NCBI GenBank assembly: GCA_963575745.1
Contig: CAUYUJ010000059.1
Location: 372,001-436,000 of the forward strand
From: Prorocentrum cordatum
Lineage: Eukaryota
Direction of reading: 5' to 3'
Length of the DNA stretch: 64,000 bases
Below are positions 12,660 to 24,704 of the stretch, in pieces. How positions within the stretch are numbered: position 1 is the stretch's first letter; each line of letters opens with the position of its first letter. The translations under genes were made by a program, and so were the position numbers. The notes below the pieces were generated by a model that saw only the letters and a program-made list of their open reading frames with translations, did not search any database and had not been told where the DNA came from.

Positions 12660-15600
12660 GGTTTTTCAGGGTACTCTTGAGACTAAGCTGGGTTTGCACC
12701 AGATGCCTCTGTATGAGGTTTCTTGGCGTCTCTTCGGGGGCCTCTTCTTGGCGGCACTGGACCATCTGCCTCTTTGGGAGACTTCTTGGGGCCCCTTCGG
12801 ATGCCTCTCGGGGTCTTCTTGGCCGCGTTGTTGTGACCTCCTGGAGCCTCTTGGGAGCTTTCTTGCCTTAGCTTTTGAGCCAGGCCATCTTGAGCCGTCT
12901 TGGAGGAAAAATTGTGCAATTGAGGTCCTTTCCGGGTGGCTGGCGGGACGGGCCGAAGCCCAAGGGGGAGGTCTTTGGGAAACAGAACCAAAACCAAAAC
13001 CAAAACCGAGAGGATTCAGCACGCCAGGCACCCTTGCGACAAGCACAGGGGGCGACGGATCGAAGACGCCTACGGCGAATCACCGCCGCCCCCTGCCTTT
13101 TCTGGAAGCGCCTATGTGGCCGAACGTTGATGCCAGACCTGCCAAGCTATCGGACCATGTGTTCCCCGAATCGGTTTGGAAAGCCTTCGGGGAGCACGTG
13201 GGCATCTTGAAGGTCATCTTGGCCGTCTGGAGGCCATTTTGACCCTGTCGGGCCTTCTGGAAGAGTCTTGGAGGGCTCTTGGGCCGTCTTGGAGGCCATC
13301 TTGAGCGTCTTGGAGGCCTCTTGGACCGTCTTGGGGGCCTCTTGGGGCCGTCTTGGGCCTCTTGGGCGATCTTTGGGGGCACTTGGGCCGTCTCGGGCCG
13401 TCGGAAGGCAGAAAAAATGCAAATGCCACAATCCTTCAAACACTTTTTTTTGAAAATCAATGATTTTGATCTTTTCGGGCCTTCCTGGAGGCCCTCTCGG
13501 GTGCGTCTTGGGCCGTCGTGGGCCATCTCAGGGCCATCTTCGGTCGTTTTGGTGGGCTCCTGGCCCGTCTGACGCCGTCGGAAGCCGTTTGGGGGGCCTC
13601 TCTGGACCGACTTGGGGCCCTCTTGGAATGCTCCAGGGCCGTCTTGGAGGCCATCTTGGGCGTCTTCAAGGCCTCCTGGGCCGTCATGAGAGCCTCTTGG
13701 GGCCGTCTTGGGGGCCTCTTGGGCCGTTCTGGGGCCATCTTGGAAGCCTCTTGGGCGATCTTTGGGCGATCTTTGGGGGCTCTTGGGCCGTCTCGGGCCA
13801 TCGGAATGCCGAAAAGAAGCAAATGTCAAAATTCTTCGAAAACCAAAGGAAAATAAATGTTTGTGCCCTTTTCTGGCCTTCCTGGAGGCCCTCTTGGAGG
13901 CCTCTTGGGCCGTCTTGGGCCATCTTCGTGCCATCTTCGGCCGTCTTGGTGGGTTCCGGGCACGTCTGACGCCGTCGGAAGCCGTTTGGGGGCCTCTCTG
14001 GGCCGACTTGGGGCCCTCTTGGGGCGCTTCGGGGCCGTCTTAGAGGCCATCTTGGGCGTCTTGGAGGCTTCTTGGCCCGTCTTGGGGCCCCCTTGGGGCC
14101 GTCTTGGAGGCCTCTTGGGCCCTCATGGGGCCATCCTGGAGGCCTCGTGGGCGATCTTTGGGCGATCTTGGGGGCCTCCTGGGTCGTCTGGAGCCGTCGG
14201 AAGGCCGAAAAGAAGCAAATGCCAAAATCTGTCGAAAACAATAAGGAGAGTAAGTGTTTTTGGCCTCTTCGGGCTCTCCTTGAGGACCTCTTGGAGGCCT
14301 CTTGGGTCGTCTTGGGCCGTCTTGGAGGCTTCTTGGGCGAACTTGGAGGTATCTTGGACTGGACTCTCTTGGGCCGTCTTGGAGGCCGTCTTGGACCATC
14401 TTGGGCGGACTTGGAGGCAATCTTGGAGGCCATCTTGGGCCAACGTGGCCATCTTGGGGGCCATCTTGGGCCATCTTGAACGAAAAAATGTGGAATTGGG
14501 CTCCTTGAGAGCCTTTCCGGGTGGCCGGCGGGACGCGCAGGAGCCCCAGGGGGGTTCTCTTGGAAAAGAACCAAAACCAAAACCGATAGGATCCAGCACG
14601 CCAGGCACCACTGTGATAAATCACAAGGGGGCGGCGGATAGAAGACGCCTACGGCGAATCACCGCCGCCACCTGCCTTTTTAAAACCGCCTATGTGGCCG
14701 AACGTTGAGGCCAGACCTGCCAAGCTATCGGACCATGTGTTCCCCGAATCGGTTTGGAAAGCCTTCAGGGAACACGTGGGCATCTTGAAGGTCATCTTGG
14801 CCGTCTGGAGGCCATTTTGACCCTGTCGGGCCTTCTGGGAGGACGTCTTGGAGGGCTCTTGGGCCGTCTTGGAGGCCATCTTGAGCGTTTTGGAGGCCTC
14901 TTGGACCGTCTTGGGGGCCTCTTGGGGCCGTCTTGGGCGATCTTTGGGGGCACTTGGGCCTTTCGGGGCCCTCCTGGAGGCTTTCTTGGGCCGTCTGGGG
15001 CCATCTGAAGGCCATCTTCGGCCGTCTTCGTGGGCTCCTGGCCCGTCTGACGCCGTCGGAAGCCGTTTGGGGGGTATCTCTGGCCGACTTGGGGCCCTCT
15101 TGGAATGCTCCAGGGCCGTCTTGGTGGCCGTCTTGGGCGTCTTAAAGGCCTCCTGGGCCGTCTTGGGGGCCTCTTGGGGCCGTCTTGGGGGCCTCTTGGG
15201 CCGCTCTGGGGCCATCTTGAAGGCCTCTTGGGCGATCGTTGGGCCGTCTCGGGCCGTCGGAAGGCCGAAAAGGCGCAAATGCCGCAATCCTTCAAGAACA
15301 TACGTGTTTTTGTCCTTTTCTGGCCTTCCTGGAGACACTCTTGGAGCCCTCTTGGGCCAGCTTCGAGCCAACTTCGGCCATCTTGGTGGGTTCCTGGCAC
15401 GTCTGACGCCGTCGGGAGCCGTCTTGGGGGCCTCTCTGGGCCGACTCGGGGCCCTCTTGGGGCGCTTCGGGGCCGTCTTAGAGGCCATCTTGGGCGTCTT
15501 GGAGGCTTCTTGGCCCGTCTTGGGGGCCTCTTGAGGCCGTCTTGGAGGCCTCTTGGGCCGTCATAGGGCCATCTTGGAGGCCTCGTGGGCGATCTTGGGG

Positions 15601-18600
15601 CGGTCGTGGGGGCCTCTTGGGCCGCTTGAGCCGTCAGAAGGCCGAAAAGAAGCAAATGCCAAAATTCTTCAAACATGTCTTTGGAGAATCAATGATTTTG
15701 GCCTCTTCGGGCCCTCCTGGGGGACCTCTTGGAGCGTCTGGGAGGCCTCTTGGGAGTCTCTTGGGCCGTCTTGGGCCATCTTGAGGCTATCTTAGGCCGT
15801 CTTGGGTGCATCTTGGGCCGTCTTGGAGGCATATTGGGACCATCTTAGCCGTCTTGGAAGCCATCTTGGGGCCGTCTGGGACAGGAAAACCGTTTGCAAC
15901 CAGGTCTTCCGGGTGGCCGGTGGGACGGGCCGAAGCCCCATGGGGGGTTATTTTGGAAAAAGAAAAAAAAACAAAACCGAGCGGATTCAGCACGCCAGGC
16001 ACCTTTGCGATGAATCGACAGGGGGCGGCAGATCGAAGACGCCTACGGCGAATCACCGCCGCCCTCTACCTTTTGGGAAGCGCCTATGTGGCCGAACGTC
16101 GAGGCCAGACCTGCCAAGCTATCGGACCATGTGTTCCCCAAATCGGTTTGGAAAGCCTTCGGGGAACACGTGGGCATCTTGAAGGTCATCCTGGCCGTCT
16201 GGAGGTCATTTTGACCCTTTCTGGCCTTTGGGAGGACGTCTTGGAGGGCTCTCGGGCCGTCTTGGAGGCCATCTTGAGCGTTTTGGAGGCCTCTTAGGCC
16301 GTCTTGGAGGCCTCTTGGGGCCGTCTTTGGCTATCTTTGGGTGCACTTGGGCCGTCTCGGGCCGTCGGAAGGCAGAAAAAAAGCAAATGCCACAATCCTT
16401 CAAAACCTCATGGGAAATCAATGATTCTGGGCTTTTCGGGCCTTCCTGGAGGCCCTGTTGGAGGCCTCTTGGGCCATCTAAAGGCCATCTTCGGTTGTTT
16501 TGGTGGGCTCCTGGCCCGTCTGACGCCGTCGGAAGCCGTTTGGGGGGTCTCTCTGGGCCGACTTGGGGCCATCTTGACTCCAGGGCCCTCTTGGTCGCCA
16601 TCTTGGGCGTCTTAAAGCCTCCAGGGCCGTCCTGGGGGACTCTTGGGGCCGTCTTTGGGGCCTCTTGGGCCGTTCTGGGGCCATCTTGAAGGCCTCTTGG
16701 GCGATCTTTGGGGGCACTTGGGCCGTCTCGGGCCGTCGGAAGGCCGAAAAGAAGCAAGTGCCACAATCATTCAAACACCTGAAGAACATACGTGTGTTTG
16801 GCATTTTCTGGCCTTCCTGGAGGCCCTCTTGGAGGTCTCTTGGGCCATCTTGAGCCAGCTTCGAACCAACTTCGGCCATCTTGGTGGGTTCCTGGCACGT
16901 CTGACGCCGTCGGGAGCCGTCTTGGGGGCCTCTCTGGGCCGACTTGGGGCCCTCTTGGGGCGCTTCGGGACCGTCTTAGAGGCCATCTTGGGCGTCTTGA
17001 AGGCCTCTTGGCCCGTCTTGGGGGCCTCTTGGGACCGTCTTTGGGGCCTCTTGGGCCGTCATGGGGCCATCCTGGAGGCCTCGTGGGCGATCTTGGGGCG
17101 ATCGTGAAGGCCCCTTGGGCCGTCTTGAGCCGTCGGAAGGCCGAAAGGAAGCAAGTGCCAAAATCCTTCAGAAACCTTAGGAGAACATGATTTTGGCCTC
17201 TTCGGGCCCTACTGGACGACCTCTTGGAGCGTCTGGGAGGCCTCTTGCCAACATGGCCATCTTGGAGCGTCTGAGAGGCCTCTTGCCAGGATTATGTGGG
17301 GACGCTGAGGTGGTTTACGCGGCCTTCCGAGACCCCAGCGGAACGGGTTGAAGCCCCAGGGGCAGTTATTTGGGAAAAGAACCAAAACCGATAGGATTCG
17401 GCATGCCAGGCACCCTGCGATGAATCGACAGGGGTCGGCGGATCGAAGACGCCTACGGCGAATCACCGCCGCCCCCTGCTTTTTTGGGAAGTGCCTATGT
17501 GGCCGAACGTTGAGGCCAGACCTGCCAAGTTATCGGATCATGTGTTCCCCGAATCGGTGTGGAAAACTTTCGGGGAACACGTGGGCATCTTGAAGGTCAT
17601 CTTGGCCGTCTTGGAGGACGTCTTGGAGGACTCTTGGGCCGTCTTGGAGGCCATCTTGAGCGTCTTGGAGGCCTCTTGGGCCGTCTTGGGGGCCTCTTGG
17701 GGCCGTGTCTTGGGCCTCTTGGGCAATCTTTGGGGGCACTTGGGCCGTCTCGGGCCGTCGGAAGGCAGAAAAAAAGCGAATGCCACAATCCTTCAAAAAC
17801 CCATGGGAAGTCTATAATGTTGGCCTTTTCGGGCCTTCCTGGAGGGGCCTCTTGGGCAGTCTTGGGCCATCTTAGGGCCATCTTCGGGGCCCTCTTGGTG
17901 GTCTCTTGGCCCGTCCGACGCCATCGAAGCCGTTTGGGGGGCCTCTCTGGGCCGACTTGGGGCCTCTTGGTATGTTCCAGGGCCGTCTTGGAGGCCATCG
18001 TGTGTGTCTTAGAGGCCTCCTGGGCCGTCTTGGGGGCATCTTGGGGCCGTCTTGGGGGCCGCTTGGGCCGTTCTGGGCCCATCTTGGAAGCTGGGCGATC
18101 TTTGGGCGATCTTTAGGGGCTCTTGGGCCGTCTCGGGCCGTCGGAAGGCCGAAAAGAAGCAAATGTAAAACATCCTTCAAAAACCTTCGGAAAACCAATG
18201 TTTTTTGGCTCTCTGTTTGTTGCCTTCCTGGAGGCCCTCTTGGGAGCCTCTTGGGCCGTCTTGGGCCAGTTTCGAGCCAACTTCGGCCACCTTGGTGGGT
18301 TCCTGGCACGTCTGACGCCTTCGGGAGCCGTCTTGGGGGCCTCTCTGAACCGATTTGTGGTCCTCTTGGGGCACTTCGGGGCCGTCTTCGAGGCCATCTT
18401 GGGCGTCTTGGAGGTCTCCTGGGCCGTCTTCTTGGGCCGTCATGGAGCTCTCTTGGAGGCATCGTGGGCGATTTTGGGACGATCTTGGCGGCCTCTTGGG
18501 CCGACTTGAGCCGTCGGGATGCCGAAAAGAGGCAAAAGCCAAACATCTTCACAAACCTAAGGAAAATCAATGATTTTGGCCTCTTCGGGCCCTCCTGAAG

Positions 18601-21600
18601 GACCTCTTGGAGGCCTCTTGAGTCTTGAGGGCCTCTTGGGCCGCCTTGGAGGCCATCTTGGACCATCTCTAGGCCATCTTGGCCATGTTGGAAGACATCA
18701 TGTCGGCCCTCTTCGATCATCTTGGCCATGTTGCAGGCCATCTTGGGCCATCTTCGCGATTTGTTGAGGATGTCCCTAGCGAAACGGCCTTTTTGGGGGC
18801 TTTGCAGCCACCTCTGGGCAAGCGTCCCGGGACCCCGGCGGGACGGGCCGAAGCCCCAGGGGGAGTTCTTTTGGAAAAAACAAAAACAAAACCGATAGCG
18901 TTCAGCACGCCAGGCACCCCTGGGGCGACGGATCTAGTACGCCTACGGCGAATCACCGCCGCCCCCTGCCTTTTTGGAAGCGCCTATGTGGCCGAACGTT
19001 GAGGCCAGACCTGCCAAGCTGTCGGCCCATGTGTTCCCCGAACCGGTTTGGAAAGCCTTCGGGGAACACGTGGGCATCTTGAAGGTCATCTTGGCCGTCT
19101 GGAGGTCATGTTGACCCTTTCGGGCCTTCTTGGAGGACATCTTGGAGGGTTCTTGGGCCGTCTTGGAGGCCGTCTTGAGCGTCTTGGAGACCTCTTGGGC
19201 TGTCTTGGGGGCCTCTGGGGGCCGTGTCTTGGGCCTCTTGGGCAATCGGGCACTTGGGCCGTCTCGGGCCGTCGGAAGGCAGAAAAAAAGCAAATGCCAC
19301 AATCCTTCAAAAACCCATGGGAAGTCTATGATTTTGGCCTTTTCGGGCCTTCTGGAGGCCCTCTTGGAGGCCTCTTGGGCCGTCGTGGGCCATCTTCGGG
19401 CCATGTTCGGCCGTCTTGGTGGGCTCCTGGTCCGTCTGACGCGCCGTCGGAAGCCGTTTGGGGAGCCTCTATGGGCCGACTTGGGGCCCTCTTGGAATGC
19501 TCCAGGGCCGTCTTCGAGGCCATCTTGGGCGTCTTAAAGGCCGCCTGTGCCGTCTTGGGGGCCTCTTGGAGCCCTCTTGGGCCGTCATCGGGCCATCTTG
19601 GAGGCCTCTTGGGCGATCTTTCGGCGATCTGTGGGGGCTCTTGGACCGTCTCGGGCTGTCGGAAGGCCGAAAAGGCGCAAATGCCGCAATCCTTCAAAAA
19701 CCCATGGAAAATCAATGATTTTGGCCTCTTGTGGCCTTCCTGGAGGACCTGTTGGGGGCCTGTTGGGCCGTCTTGGGCCAATTTCGAGCCAACTTCGGCC
19801 ACCTTGGTGGGTTCCTGGCACGTCTGACGCCGTCGGGAGCCGTCTTGGGGGCCTTTCTGGGCCGACTTGGGGCCCTCTTGGGGCGCTTCGGGGCCGTCTT
19901 GGAGGCCGTCTTGGGCGTCTTGGAGGCCATTTTGGGCGTGTTGGAGGCCTCTTGAGCCGTCTTGGGGCCCTCTTGGGGCCGTCTTGGAGGCCACTTGGAC
20001 CGTCATGGGGCCTTTTTGGGGGCCTCTTGGGCGATCTTGGGGCGATCTTAGGGGGCCTCTTGGGCCGTCTTGAGCCGTCGGAATGCCGAGAAGAAGCAAC
20101 TGCCAAAATCCTTCAAAAACCTAAGGAAGATCAATGATTTTGGCCTCTTCGGGTCCTCCTGGAGGACCTCTTGGATGCCTCTTGGGTCGTCTTGGGCCGT
20201 CTTCGAGGCGTCTTGGGCGACCTTGGAGGTATCTTGTACTCTCTTGGGCCGTCTTGGACCATCTTGGGCGGACTTGGAGGCCATCCTGGGCCATCTTGGA
20301 GGCCATCTTGGGCCAACGTGGCCATCTTGGAGGCCATCTTGAACCATCTTGGAGGATTTTTTTCCGGATTGAGCTCCTTGATCTTTTCCGGGTGGCCGGC
20401 GGGACGGGCCGAAGCCCAGGGGGAGTTCTTTTGGAAAAAGAACCAGAACCAAAAGCCATCTCGTTTGGCACGCCAGGCACCCCTTTGCTAAAGCAAAAGG
20501 GGGCGGCGGATCGAAGACGCCTACGGCGAATCACCGCCGCCCCCTGCCTTTGTGGAAGCGCCTATGTGGCCGAACGTTGAGGCCAGACCTGCCAAGCTAT
20601 CGGACCATGTGTTCCCCGAATCGGTTTGGAAAGCCTTCGGGGAACACGTGGGCATCTTGAAGGTCATCTTGGCCGCCTGGAGGCCATTTTGACCCTTTCG
20701 GGCCTTCTTGGAGGACGTCTTGGAGGGCTCGTGGGCCGTCTTGGAGGCCATCTTGAGCGTCTTGGAGGCCTCTTGGGCCGTCTTGGGGGCCTCTTGGGGC
20801 CGTCTTGGGCGCCTCTTGGGCCGTTCTGGGGCCATCTTGGAGGCCTCTTGGGCGATCCTTGGGCGATCTTTGGGAGCTCTTGGGCCGTATCGGGCCGTCG
20901 GAAGGCCGAAACGAAGCAAATGTCAAAATCCTTCAAAAACCTTTGGAAAAAAAACACTCTTTTTGACCTTTTCTGGCCTTCCTGGAGGCCCTCTTGGAGG
21001 CCTCTTGGGCAGTCTTGGGCCAGCTGCGAGCCACCTTCGGCCATCTTGGTGAGTTCCTGGCCCGTCTGTCGCCGTCGGAAGCCGTTTGGGGGGCCTTTCT
21101 GGGCCGACTTGGAGCCCCCTTGGGGTGCTCCAGGGCCGTCTTAGAGGCCATCTTGGGCGTCTTCGAGGCCTCCTGGGCCGTCTTGGCGCCCTCTTGGGGC
21201 CGTCTCGGGGGCCTCTTGGGCCGTCATGCCAAAATCCTTCAAAAACCTAAAGGAAATCAAGGATTTTGGCCTCGTCGGGCCTTCCTGGAGGACCTCTTGG
21301 AGGCCTCTTGGGCCGTCTTGGAGGCCTCTTGCGGGCCTTTTGGGCCGTCTTAGACCATGTTGATGCCATCTTGGGCCGTCTTGGATGCATCTTGGGACCA
21401 TCTTAGCCGTCTTGGAGGCCATCTTGGCTGTCTTGGAGGCATCTTGCAGGCCATCTTGGGCCATCTTCGCGATTTTGTGAAGATGTCCCGAGCGAAACGG
21501 CCGTTTTGGGCATTGACTGATGCAGTTTCCGGGTGGCCGGCGGGACGGGCCGGAGCCCACTGGGGAGTTCTTTTGGAAAAGAACCAAAACCAAAACCAAG

Positions 21601-23250
21601 AGGGTTCAGCACGCCAGGCACCCCTGCGATGAATCGACAGGGGACGGCGGATCGAAGACGCCTACGGCGAATCACCGCCGCCCCCTGCCTTTTTGGAAAC
21701 GCCGATGTGGCCGAAAGTTGGACTAGAGCTTGGCCAAGCTATCGGACCATGAGTTCCCCGAGTCGGTTTGGAAAGCTTTCGGGGAACACATGGGAGAGAA
21801 TGATTATGAACAGGAAGAGGAAGAGGAAGAAATAGAGTAGGAGGATGAGGGTTGTTAGGAGTCTCTTGGGGCACCCTTGGGGTCTGTTGGGGCTTCTTGG
21901 GGGCCTCTTCGAGGCCTCTTGGAGGCATCTTGGGGGCCTCCTTGGGCCTCTTGGGGGCCTTTGGGGGCTTCCTGGGGGTCTCTTTGGCCGTCTTAGGGCG
22001 TTCCTGGTCCGTCTGACGCCGTCTGGAGCCGTCTTGGGGGCCTCTCTGGGCCGTCTTGGGGCCCTCTTGGGGCGCTTCAGGGCCGTCTTGGAGGCCATGT
22101 TGGGCGTCTTGGAGGCCTCTTGGGCCGTCTTGGGGCGCTCTTGGGGCCGTCTTGGGGGGCCCTTGGGCCGTCATAGGGCCTTCTTGGAGGCCTCTTGGGC
22201 GATCTTGGGGGCCTCTTGGGCCGTCGGAAGGCCGAAAAGAAGAAAACGCAAAAAACCTTCAAAAACCTAAGGAAAACCAATGATTTTGGCCTCTTCGGGC
22301 TCTCCTGGAGAACGTCTTGGAGGCCTCTTGGGCCATCTTGGAGGCATCTTGGGGCCATCTTGGCCGTCTTGGAGGGCATCTTGGGCCGTCTTGGAGGCAT
22401 CTTGGAGCCATCTTACCCGTCTTGGAGGCCATCTTGGCCGTCTTGGAGGCATCTTGGAGGCCATCTTGGGCCATCTTGGCCGTCTTGGAGGCCATCTTGG
22501 GCCAAGTTGGGGCAACAAAGGCATTGACAGACGGATTTTCGGAAACTTGCGGGTGGCCGGCGGGACGGGCCGAAGCCCACTGGGGAGTTCTTTTAGAAAA
22601 AGAACCAAAACCAAAACCTGAAACGTCCAGCACGCCGTGCACCCCTGTGGCAAGACCACAGGGGGCGGCGGATCCTAGTGGCCTTCGGCCCATCCCGCCA
22701 CAGTGCATGGGTTGTGGGTCTGAGGCCTCTTGTATATGTGTTGGGGTGTCGTGGGGAGCTTCTCGGGGGCCTCCTGGAGGCGGTTTGGGCGCCTCTTTCG
22801 GGCCTCTTGGGGCCTCGTGAGGTATCTTTTGGGTCTCTTGGAGGCCTCTTGGGCGCCTCTTGGCGGCCTCTTGGGGCCTCCTGGGGGCTTTCGGGGCACA
22901 AATATGAAATTTTCAGTTCGTGGTCCTCTGCTTGGGCCCTCTTGGAGCAGTCTTGGGGCCCTCTTGGGCCGTCTTGAGCGCTTCTTGGGCAATCTTGGAG
23001 CCCTCTTGGGCCGTCTGGGAGCCTTCTTGGAGGCCTCTTGGGCTGTCTCTGGGCGGTCTGGGGAGCTTTTTGAGCCGTCTTGGAGCGTCGGACGGCCGAA
23101 AATGCGAGACGGCCAAAATGTATCAAAACCCTAGTAAAATCAACGATGTGGGTCTCTTGGGGCTCTGTCGGGAGGCCTCTTGGGGTCTCTTGAGGCCCTC
23201 TTGGGCCGTCTTGGAACCATCTTCGGGCGCTTTGGAAAATTCTGGGCCTC
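12660..23250. repeat. Head-to-tail tandem array of ~1.0-1.6 kb satellite-filled units, each with a structured module
   Basis: The module AGCACGCC...GGCGGAT recurs at ~13018, 14595, 15989, 17399, 18904, 20466, 21607 and 22628, with shared flanks such as CCGGGTGGCCGGCGGGACGGGCCGAAGCCC and CTATCGGACCATGTGTTCCCCGAA. Confidence 0.92.
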
Positions 23251-23600
23251 GGCAATGTGAAGACGGCGCAACTTGCAATGGATTATGGACTCGGGGACGC
23301 GAATATTGCAGAAGTTACGAATGTTTGTTGCCTCGGGGGCGCACAAATTCTATACTGTTGGAGGTTTGTGGCCTCGGTGACGCGAATCTGATGGACACTA
23401 CAACGGATTATGGTCTCGGGGACACGGATATTGCAATTTACCCGGGTTTGTTGATTCGAGGTCGCGAATATTATGTAATTTAAGCAGGTTCGTTGCGGAC
23501 GCAAAAATTGTGTAATGTAGGAAGGGCTGTGGCCTGGGAGACGCGAACATTGCATAACTTACCAAGGGAGTATGGCCTCGGGAATGCACAATTCGTGTAC
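23230..23600. repeat. Degenerate ~60-bp tandem repeat (TGGCCTCGGGGACGCGAATATTGCA-like)
   Basis: The motif recurs about 6-7 times with substitutions. Confidence 0.6.
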
Positions 23601-24142
23601 TGTTACGTGTCTCACGCTCCCCAGGAGCTCAGAGAACGCGACCCGGGCGTGGTAGCCGGGTGGTTAAGGGCTCCAGCCCCCTCGCGCGGGCTTCAACCAT
23701 TTTCAGTAGGAAGCAGACAACAGCATTGCAACATCTGGAGACGTGAACTTGCAACCGGCGCAGGGAGCAGCAACCACAAGGGGGCCGGCGGATCCTCCCG
23801 GGAGGGGGAGCGGGGGTCCAGACCCCCCCTTAGGTTTTTCCCACGGGCGGGGGGCGGACGTGGAGGGGAGGGGGGTTTGGTGGGGGGGTGACCCCCCCTG
23901 AGGAGTTGCATATGGAAGGGGGGGTGCCCGCTGGCTCCTCCTCCTCCTCCTCCTCCTCCTCCTCCTCCTCCTCCTCCTCCCCCTCCTCCTCCTCCTCCTC
24001 CTCGTTCCTGACCCTCGTTTCGGGCCGGCGACGGTGGAGCGCGCCCCCCTCGGAAGTGTTGCTCCTTGAGCTGCGCGCGCCGGGCCTCGTTTGCCCGCGT
24101 CCTCGCGTGCCGCTCAGCATCACTTTATACAGTCGGGGCGCT

Positions 24143-24292
24143 GGAGAAGGAACCCTTGTCATTGGGGAGGGGCTCCGTGTTCCTTAATTGTTTGACAGCT
24201 TGCCTCAGGGTTTCCTTAGGTTTCCGATGGGAAATCGAAATTTAACTGATGGGAAAAAGGGGCCTCGTTCCTTATTTAGCGTTCCTTAGGTC
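24143..24292. mobile_element. ~150-bp inverted-repeat-bounded dispersed element (also at ~29151-29302 and ~43073-43222)
   Basis: Ends are TGxxxAAGGAAC...GTTCCTTRGGTCA, with a shared internal GGGGCTCCGTGTTCCTT-like and GGGGCCTCGTTCCTTAT sequence. No TSD is visible. Confidence 0.65.
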
Positions 24293-24704
24293 AACGCCCC
24301 CACTGTAAGGAAGGGGGGGGTGCCCGCGACGGTCCTGACCCACCCTTCCGATACCTGTTTCGGGGCGGCGACGGTGGAGCGCGCCCCCCTCTCGGAGGTT
24401 CTGCTCCTTGAGCTGCGCGCGCCGGGCCTCTTTTGCCCGTTGCCTCGCGTGCCGCTCAGCATCACCTTAGGAGGGGAAGAAACACACAGACACAATTAAT
24501 CGTCGATTTCCAGGAAAATATGGGAAAATATGGGAAGTGGGGGGGAGATAAAAAGCCAGAAAATACAGGAAAATATGGGGGATCCTTTTATTCGCAACCC
24601 TCATGCGTTGGGTTCTCGTTTTGAATAGAGCACTGCTCGCGCGAACCTTCCTTCCCGTCCCTCTCTCCCCCCCTGCCTTTTACCTGGCTCGTCGCTGCGT
24701 TTCG

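Noticed and set aside
13047..13097. Hammerhead ribozyme in the array module (TCGAAGA-stem-GAAT)
   Set aside because: It resembles CUGANGA-stem II-GAAA but lacks the C3U4 core, the full GAAA and any stem III/NUH site.
4940..23250. Dozens of long overlapping ORFs rich in LGPSW/GPKRP
   Set aside because: They arise from stop-poor GGCCGTCTTGG satellite that is open in many frames on both strands, with no protein-like features. The real exons at 9633-12399 are excepted.
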